A stretch of 51,340 nt of DNA, from contig NW_005434524.1 in assembly GCF_000315625.1 (NCBI RefSeq), forward strand, positions 47,408-98,747, read 5' to 3'. The stretch's first letter is position 1. Each line of letters begins with the position of its first letter. Positions 42,926 to 51,340 of the stretch are shown piece after piece. The stretch is from Guillardia theta CCMP2712 (taxonomy: Eukaryota > Protista > Cryptophyta). A model generated the notes under the pieces. That model saw only the letters and a list, made by a program, of their open reading frames with translations. It did not search any database and had not been told where the DNA came from. The position numbers and the translations under genes were made by a program.

Positions 42926-45113
42926 ATGTCACAACACATCTTCGCTCCTGCTCCTCAGCGGCGCACCAAAGTCGGTGATGGCGCAGACTCGGCAGCTCAG
43001 GTAAAGGAGGAAGAGCCCGGCGGCAGTAACGTGTTGCACAGCTGGTCGATGAAAACCAGAGGATGGCGGAGGAGAAGAGGAAGGCCAAGGTGGAGCGGAG
43101 GTGGTTCGACCATGCTGCCTGTTCGCTGACTGAGCTGGAAAGCTGCTGGAGAGGCTGCAAGAGCGGGAGGAAACGCTGAAGCACATGCAGAACTATGATC
43201 TTGGGGCAGCAGACACCAAGTGAATCTGCTTCCTGTGATAGAAACTCAGTCACCTCCGTGTTGAGCAGGGAGAACCAAGACCTGGCTCATCTGATTCAGA
43301 GGCAGCAGGTTGATGAACAGCGGGAGGTTGGACTTGCATGACAGTTTTGTCAGGAGCAAGTGCGAGAGGGAAAGAATGCCATCGGCGTGTCTGCTGAATC
43401 CTCCGGGGCAGCGAGGAGGATGCAGGTGGGTTGAGATGTCAGCGATGTTCGTTGCTGAGAGATGAAGGAACAGAGGCCGGGAGAGAGGGAGGAGAACTTG
43501 TCGAAGGTAAGAGCTGACTGGCGATGTTGGTCAAGATGTTGGTCGGTATGACGGGAGGAATCAAGGTTGCGCTGGTTACCAGAACGGATACCAAGGGGGA
43601 CGGTGAAGTCCCCAAGTTCGGAGCTATCGTCAGCAACATGGTGGGAATGCTGAAAATGAAGATTGCTGCTAATTCCTTGTTCGCAGGGCACTCAGGCACA
43701 CAAAGAGCGCCTGAAGAACTCCTTATTCGGAGGAGGAGGAGGAGGAGGAGGAGGAGGAGGAGGAGGAAGAGACTTTCTTGCCCCGTCCTCGTTCGCAGCA
43801 GCGCCGAGCGAGCGGGAGATGCGGCTTAGAGCGAGGAAGGAGGAGCAAATGATGCGGTCAAATGCGCCGGAAGAGGCCCCGCGCCAGAATATTTTTGCCC
43901 AGCAGGAGCAGGAGACGCGGGGGAGGGAGGTTCCAGCTGCTTCCCAGCTGTCGAGGAGAGAGCAGATCTTCGAAGAGAAGAGAAGGAGGTGAAGGCAAGA
44001 GGACCAGAGCGTGTGAGAGCTGAAAACATGCTGGCAGGCACTTGGAGCAGAGAGGAAGGGAAGGGGGCAGGGGAGAGGCCGCGGTGGAGGATACTAGGTC
44101 GTTCCTCCTCCTGGGCAAAGAGGTTCTAACTGGGCAAGGAAGAAGCAGGAATGGGGCGATGGAGGGAGGAGAGCGGAGGAGGCTGTCGAACGAAGATGCG
44201 CCGAGTGAGAGACTGGACATGTTCGGGGGGAGAACAAGATCGAGCCCGTGGCTAGCCGTCGAGCCTTCCAGGCTGAGCAGCAGAGCGAGCAGCGCGGTCA
44301 GGGGGGGAGCAGACGAGATCAAGTGTGGGAGGAGAAGAGGAGGAGAGCGATGGACAGGTCCTGCTGCTGCCTCGCATGCGCTGGAGGTGAGTTGAGCGTT
44401 GCTGCAGAGCTACGTCGGGGGCGAAGAAGAGCATGTGGGAGGATATGGCGAAGCCGCCCAAGTTCGCGGTGGAGGATGCGAGAGGGGGGGACGAGACCAG
44501 TCAACGGGTCCAGGTGGTAGGTGGGAGCGAGCTGGACAGGAGGTGACGGAGGAACAGGAGCTGGCAGGGAGGAATCGAGATGGAACAGGAGAGCTTGACA
44601 TGCTCGACCAGGTGGAATAATTTACTCAGAGCGAACGTCTGAACGGAAGTTCGACATTTGCGTATCCTCCTCCATCGCTGCCCCTCTACTTCATCGCCTG
44701 CCCTCCCTCCCTCCTCCTCCTCCTCCTCCCTCTCCTCCTCCTCCCTCTCCTCCTCCTCCCTCTCCTCTTCTCCCCCCCTCCTACTCACTGTCTCATCTTA
44801 GGCTTACGATCAAAAATCTCGAAAGTTTCCGTTGCACACCAGACACGCGTCGGTGCCAAGTATCCCCGAGGAGGAGCCGATGACCAGACAGGTGCTGCTT
44901 GGACCCTGCTGGGCTGATTTGACAAGTAACTGTCATCCAGAATTTCAACGAGGAGGACGCGAGGGATCGAAGGAAACAGGAGTACGCCATGGAACTGCAG
45001 GCGCAGATGCAGGTAAATGTTCTCCGTCCTCCCCTCTCCCTCCCCTTCCCCCTCCTACCCTTGATTATCCCGCTCCTGCTCCCGCTCCCGCTCCCGCTCC
45101 CGCTCCCGCTCCC

Positions 45114-45149
<36 letters not shown>

Positions 45150-45565
45150 CCTGCTCCTGCTCTTCTTCTTCCTCATCCTCATGCTCGTCTGCCACTCTGC
45201 CACCTCCTCCTCGTGTTGCTGCATTCTGAATGGTCTGCAAGGCAAAGGCACAAGAAAAAGAGCGAGNNNNNNNNNNNNNNNNNNNNNNNNNNNNNNNNNN
45301 NNNNNNNNNNNNNNNNNNNNNNNNNNNNNNNNNNNNNNNNNNNNNNNNNNNNNNNNNNNNNNNNNNNNNNNNNNNNNNNNNNNNNNNNNNNNNNNNNNNN
45401 NNNNNNNNNNNNNNNNNNNNNNNNNNNNNNNNNNNNNNNNNNNNNNNNNNNNNNNNNNNNNNNNNNNNNNNNNNNNNNNNNNNNNNNNNNNNNNNNNNNN
45501 NNNNNNNNNNNNNNNNNNNNNNCTCGAACGATCCTCTCCCCCCTTACTCCCTCCTCCTCCTCCAA

Positions 45566-45609
<44 letters not shown>

Positions 45610-45634
45610 CCGCTGCTGCTTCTGCTTCCGCTGC

Positions 45635-45678
<44 letters not shown>

Positions 45679-48327
45679 CTTCTTCTTCTTCTTCTGCCTC
45701 TTCCTTCTCCAATCCTGCTCCTGCTCTTCCTTCTGTTCATCTTCCCCTACCACCACCTCCTCCTCCTGCTATCTCTGCTTCTGCTCCTTCTCCTCTCCAC
45801 CTCTTTGTTCCTCTACCTCGTATTGTCCCCTCCCTCCACCTTCCTGCTTGCTCCCCTTCCTTCTTCCTCCTCCTCCCCCTCCTCTCCCACCTCTTCGTTC
45901 CTGATTCTTGTGTCCTCCTTCTCCTCCTCCTCCTTCTCCTCCCTCCCTCCCTCCCTCTCTCCCTCCCCGCCTTGTCCCTGCTTACCTCCCTCAGGAGGAC
46001 CCTTCGACCGGAAGGAGGCGACTTCTGCCCGGCAGGCTCTGGCGCAGGAGGCAGAGGAGCAGCAGAGGAAGAAGGCTGCGTACGCCGAAGAACTAAGGAT
46101 GCAGATGCAGAGTAAGTCAGCAATAAGGAGCCAGGCCATGGCGCGAGAGGCGCCGCTGGAGTTTGCGCTTCCGTCACAGCGCCCCCCCGATAACCTGGTG
46201 AGGCCGAGCTGGAGGGAAGAGGGAGGGGGAGAAGAAGGGGAGACTGGGGGTTGAGGAGGAGGAGGAGAGAGGACGAGGACGAGGACGAGGGGAGGGGGGC
46301 TGACCGTCTTGCTGCAGCAGCCTCCTCCTCCCATGCAGCATGCGGCATCGTTCGGAGATGGAGGAGAGGGCAGGGAGATGGCCGCAAGGGCTCGTCAAGG
46401 ACTGAACAGCATGTTTCAAGATCCCAGGACGGTGCGGAGGAGGGGATGAGGAGGGGAAGAGAGGAGGAGGAGGAGGAGGAAGGAGGAGGAGGAGGAGGAG
46501 GAGTCTAGGAGCAAGGAAGGTGACCAGGACGAGTTAGCAGAAGTGGAGTAGGGCGAAGAGGAGGAGAGAGTAGGAGGCGTAGGAGTGAAGTAGTAGTTGG
46601 AAGAGGAGGAAGAGCAACAAGACTACCTCATTTCCTCTCTTCAGGTCANNNNNNNNNNNNNNNNNNNNNNNNNNNNNNNNNNNNNNNNNNNNNNNNNNNN
46701 NNNNNNNNNNNNNNNNNNNNNNNNNNNNNNNNNNNNNNNNNNNNNNNNNNNNNNNNNNNNNNNNNNNNNNNNNNNNNNNNNNNNNNNNNNNNNNNNNNNN
46801 NNNNNNNNNNNNNNNNNNNNNNNNNNNNNNNNNNNNNNNNNNNNNNNNNNNNNNNNNNNNNNNNNNNNNNNNNNNNNNNNNNNNNNNNNNNNNNNNNNNN
46901 NNNNNNNNNNNNNNNNNNNNNNNNNNNNNNNNNNNNNNNNNNNNNNNNNNNNNNNNNNNNNNNNNNNNNNNNNNNNNNNNNNNNNNNNNNNNNNNNNNNN
47001 NNNNNNNNNNNNNNNNNNNNNNNNNNNNNNNNNNNNNNNNNNNNNNNNNNNNNNNNNNNNNNNNNNNNNNNNNNNNNNNNNNNNNNNNNNNNNNNNNNNN
47101 NNNNNNNNNNNNNNNNNNNNNNNNNNNNNNNNNNNNNNNNNNNNNNNNNNNNNNNNNNNNNNNNNNNNNNNNNNNNNNNNNNNNNNNNNNNNNNNNNNNN
47201 NNNNNNNNNNNNNGGTCCCCGCTAACTCCACATCTACCAGTGTGCTCCTCCCTCCTCCCTCCTCCTTGCCCATTCCTCCCATCCAGCAGCAACTGCTCGT
47301 GCTCGTGCTCGTGCTCGTACTATTTTTTGCTCCAGCTCCAGCTGCTTCTGCTCCTCTCCTTCTCATCCTTCTCCTCTCTTATCACAAACTGCATGTCCGT
47401 GCATCTGATCCATCCTCATTGTTTTGTCTTCCCCTTCACTTTCTCCATCTCAACATTCCCCCCTCTCTCCTCCGATCGTCTGTTCCTCCTTCTCCTCCTC
47501 TCTCTCACTTCCTCCTCCTCTCTCTCTCCTCCTCCTCCTCTCTCTCTCTCTCTCTCTCTCTCTCACTTTTGTTGCTCTACAGGCAGAATTGATGAGGCAG
47601 ATCGAGGAGAAGAAACGACTCAAAGAAAAACAGGTAGGAAAGGATAATCCTGCTGCTGCTGCTGCTGCTGCTCTTCCTCTTTCCTGCTCTTCCTCCCTCC
47701 TCCTCCTGCTCCTCCTCTTTTTCTTCTGCTCCTGCTCCTTCTGCTCCTCCTCTTTGTTCTCCCCATAATGTGTTCTGCTCACCTACTCCCTCCCCTCCCA
47801 CCCTCTTTCTCTCCTCCTCCTCCTCCTCCTCCTCCTGCTCTTCCTCTCCACCATTCTCTCCTTCTTCCTCCTCCTCTTCATACATGTTTCTCGCAGGCAG
47901 CAGAGGAGGCGGAGAGGGAGAGGAGAGACAATGAAAGGATAGAACGACAGAGAGCCGAGCTCGCAGCGCAGGTAAAACTCCACTTTTCCTCTCCTCCTCC
48001 ACTCTCCTGCTCCTCTTCCCCTCGCCTCCTGCCTTCCTCCTCATCTCTTCCTCCTTCTGCTTCTGCTTCTGCTGCTGGTGCTGCGGCTGCTGCGGCTCCT
48101 CCTCCTCCTCCTCCTCCTCTGCTCGTCTCAGGACCATGCAGGCGAGGCGAGACGAGATGAAGCGGCAGATGAAGGAGGCAAACGCTGCCAACGCCGGGTT
48201 GTCAAGGACGCCTGTCAGCAGGACCCCAGCTGGGGATGAAGGAGGAGGAGATAGATTTTTTCCCTCTGGCGTGGAGGAGAGCAGGTGGAGCAGGAGATTG
48301 GGGGGAGAGGAGGAGGAGAGGATGAAG

Positions 48328-48385
<58 letters not shown>

Positions 48386-49192
48386 AAGTAGGGGGAGGAG
48401 GAGGCTGACTGATATATCCAGGAGGTCCTGGGAGGAACAGGATCCAGGGAGCAAGCAGCGAACGCCTCTTTTCGGAAGGAGGGCAGAGAAAAAGTGATAC
48501 TCCTCCTCCTCCTCCTCCTCCTCCCTCCTCCCTCCTCCCTCTTCCCTGCCTTTGTCATCCCCGACTTGCTCCTCCTCCTCCACATTCCTCCTGCTCCTGT
48601 TCCTCTCGCATGTGACTGGTCGCGATTGCAGGGCTCTACAGCCTGTCGCTGTCCTGGAGTCGATGGAGGAGGTGCCGACAGCTCAGTCGGGGAGGAGAGG
48701 AGGGGGAGAAGGAGAGCAGGCGGCAGGCGGAGCGATCCTGGAGCTCAAGGAGGAACTGGTGAAAGAGCAGAAGCGACTGCAGGTGACTGTGCAGGAGAGG
48801 GAGGAGGAGAGAAGAGAAGAGGAGGTGGGAGGAGAGGACAGGAATCGGGTAGAGGAGGGGAGGAGGTTGAGCAGGGAGGTGGTGGAAAAGAGGAGGAGGG
48901 AAGGAGGACGACAGAAGGTTGGGGGGGGGGTGGAAGAGAGCGAGGGACGGGAGGAGGAAGAAGCAGGTGCGGTGGGCGTAACATGAGCTGCAGGAACTTG
49001 TGCAGCAGCAGCAGCAGCAGCTTGCTTCACTCCAGCAGCACTTGAGCTCACAACCGACGAGCGAGGGCAGCGGAAGCGAGAGGAAAGCTTCACTGAAGGA
49101 GGCGCGGGAGGAAGCAGAGGAGGAGGCGGAGCAGGAGGAGTGGCACGGGTGAGATCACTGGAGAGGAGAAGATGATGGAGAGGAGGAGCAGG

Positions 49193-49280
<88 letters not shown>

Positions 49281-50334
49281 TCTCGTTCTCATCGCTCTGA
49301 CCTATTCCTCTCAGCGGAATTCCTTTCATCATGTCAGGAGACCTCAAGTACCTCCACGGGGTTGACCTACCCCAGCTCACCCCCCACCAGGGAGACAAGT
49401 CCCCAGCTGGAGGAGAGCAGGAGGAGCGGAGGTCGTCACCTCCTATCTTCTTCGACGATGGGAAGCAGCAGCGGCGCTGGCACGACCCGGACGTGCTGGA
49501 CGAGGAGCTCGAGAGCAGGGGGAGGGAGCGAGGAGCTGGGAAGAGGGCGGAAGCTGAGAGGCTGGAGGAGGAGGACCACTTCCCCTTCCAGCTGGGGTCG
49601 GAGGAGGAGAGCTTTAAGATCGCCCCAGCTCTACTGCAGCACGCGAGAGGTGGAGGGGACTTCCTCGAGAAGTCCCTGGCATCCGCCAGCGCTTTCGTGT
49701 CGGCCGACATGAAGATCGGTGAGTCGCGTTTGCGGTCCCTTCGCGCATCTTCTCAGCTGGGCCCTGCAGACTCGAGCTTCAAGATGTCAGCTCGGCCCCA
49801 GCAGGAGCGATCGGGCCTGTTCTCACCTGCCGATGGGTGGAGGAGGAGCCCGCTGATGGCGAGGACTCGACCGTCCTCGTCCTCGTCCTCGTCCTCCGGG
49901 CTGGTGACTCCAGGGATGAAGAATTACATCCCAGGTGATGAGAGGAGGGAGGGAGGGAGGAGGGTAGCGAGGAGGATAGAAAGGGGAGGGGAGAGCACGG
50001 GAGAGCAGGGGAGTGGAGGGGAGGGGAGGGGAGGGGAGAATGTGAGGAAGAGAGAGAGGAGGGGAGGAAGAGAGAGAGAAGGGGAGGAAGAGAGAGAGAA
50101 GGAGAGGAGGAGAGAGGGAGGAGGAGAAAGGGAACAATATGTTCGAGGATAAGGTCCGAGGTGAATGGAGTTTGAGAAACTTTTGATTTGAGGAGACATT
50201 GAGCATGCAAAATTTGAAGATTTGATCACAGATCTTTCGAATCTTGACTTGAATTTCAGATTGGGATGATGGAATTGCTCGCTCTTCAACCTCGCATGAC
50301 GATTCTTCAGTGCAGGTGATGATGTAGATGCTGC

Positions 50335-50375
<41 letters not shown>

Positions 50376-51100
50376 ATGGATATGCTGCTGAAGATGGAGA
50401 AGATGATGATGATGATGAGGATGATGATGAGGATGAGGATGAGGATGATGAGAATGATGATGATGAAACACATGTGACTTTCTATTTCTGAATCCTCTTC
50501 CTATTTGCAGGACAATTTCCCTGACACAGAATCTGTCATCTCTGATAGCGATGCGCTGCAAAATACCAGCAGTTCAAGGTACAAGGAGTATCAACACCAC
50601 GATCATATCCATCTTATCATCAACTTTATGATCATCAAATCCATCATCATTTTCGTCACCGTTGCTGAATCATTATTGTTATCATCATCAAAATTGCATT
50701 CGTCATTGTCATTGTTTTGTCACCATCTGTACAACAATCTTTTTTGTGGGCTCATGTTTCATTGACAGCAGGCATTTGCCTTCTCCTTCTCTTTATGAAG
50801 CTCGAAACAAACAGAGATTGTCAAAACTTTCTGCTCTTGAAAGGTGCCCCTCCTCCTCCTATCCTCATCCTCTCGTCTTCCTCCCTCCTCCTCCTCCTCT
50901 CCTCCTGACCTCCTCCTCCTCTCCTCCTCTCCTCCTCTCCTCCTCCTCTCTGTCCTCCTTTTTCCTCTACCTGCCATCTCCTCCTCCTCCTCCTCGCTCT
51001 CGACCATCTTTCATGTTTCTTTCATGCCTCTGACTCAATCTCCAGCGAGCTCAACAGTCTCAAGAGCGGGAGGTAAGACCAAACCAGCCGGTGAAGTCAG
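42926..51100 (+). CDS. Multi-exon coiled-coil protein, CSPP1/CCDC66-like (centrosome/cilium-associated); boundaries approximate
   Basis: Exon peptides REQIFEEKRRR, KQEYAMELQAQMQ, EEQQRKKAAYAEELRMQMQSK, ELMRQIEEKKRLKEKQ, EEAERERRDNERIERQRAELAAQ, YEARNKQRLSKLSALE, separated by GT-AG introns filled with simple repeats; two N-gaps. Confidence 0.55.
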
Positions 51101-51340
51101 CGGAGAGAGGACGAAAAGTAGAAGATAGAGCAGCAGCGACGTCGGCGGCGGAAGAGGAGGAGGGGGAGGAGGAGGAGGAGGAGGAGGAGGAGGAGGAGGA
51201 GGAGGAGGGGGATATTCTTTGTGTTGTTATCAATTTTGTTTGTAGATGTATTTCTTTCAATTTGTCTTCCATGATACTTTCCAAACAACCTTCAACTTGG
51301 CTACTACATCTCCCTTGCAGTCCTTCACCTCCACTGGCAG

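Noticed and set aside
44793-47592. Long low-complexity ORFs (poly-A/L/S/C/Q)
   Set aside because: Intronic simple repeats plus N-gaps within the coiled-coil gene.

Overview
Eukaryotic nuclear DNA, draft assembly with 8 N-gaps. Short spliceosomal introns filled with (CTCCT)n/(GAGCAG)n tracts, a signal-peptide-bearing starch enzyme and the general style suggest a cryptophyte such as Guillardia theta (inference). Left to right: (1) a >2,470-aa intronless secreted mosaic protein on the minus strand (7436 to window start), absent from the ORF track, with discoidin, LamG, Gly-rich and F-type-lectin-like modules and ~4.6 near-identical 612-bp Cys-rich repeats; (2) a 23-bp minisatellite; (3) a GT23/FUT8-like fucosyltransferase gene; (4) a TPR-like gene; (5) alpha-glucan water dikinase; (6) a large sushi/CCP-repeat gene with a 1-nt frameshift and a GC-AG intron; (7) an alveolate-type ion-channel/adenylyl-cyclase fusion lacking both metal-binding Asp residues; (8) a 32-bp minisatellite with higher-order structure; (9) tRNA-Gln(CUG) with a ~1-kb TGTAAC...GTTACA, hairpin-rich solo-LTR-like element 35 bp upstream; (10) an amplified cassette encoding 18-aa CEHGRxRSxCKxCGGxSI zinc-finger-like arrays that vary at three evenly spaced positions, interleaved with a degenerate Ty1/copia element; (11) a multi-exon CSPP1/CCDC66-like coiled-coil gene. 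The best candidates for new biology are the variable zinc-finger-like arrays, the tRNA-adjacent LTR-like element, the channel/pseudo-cyclase and the mosaic lectin giant protein. All domain calls are by motif recognition, not database search.
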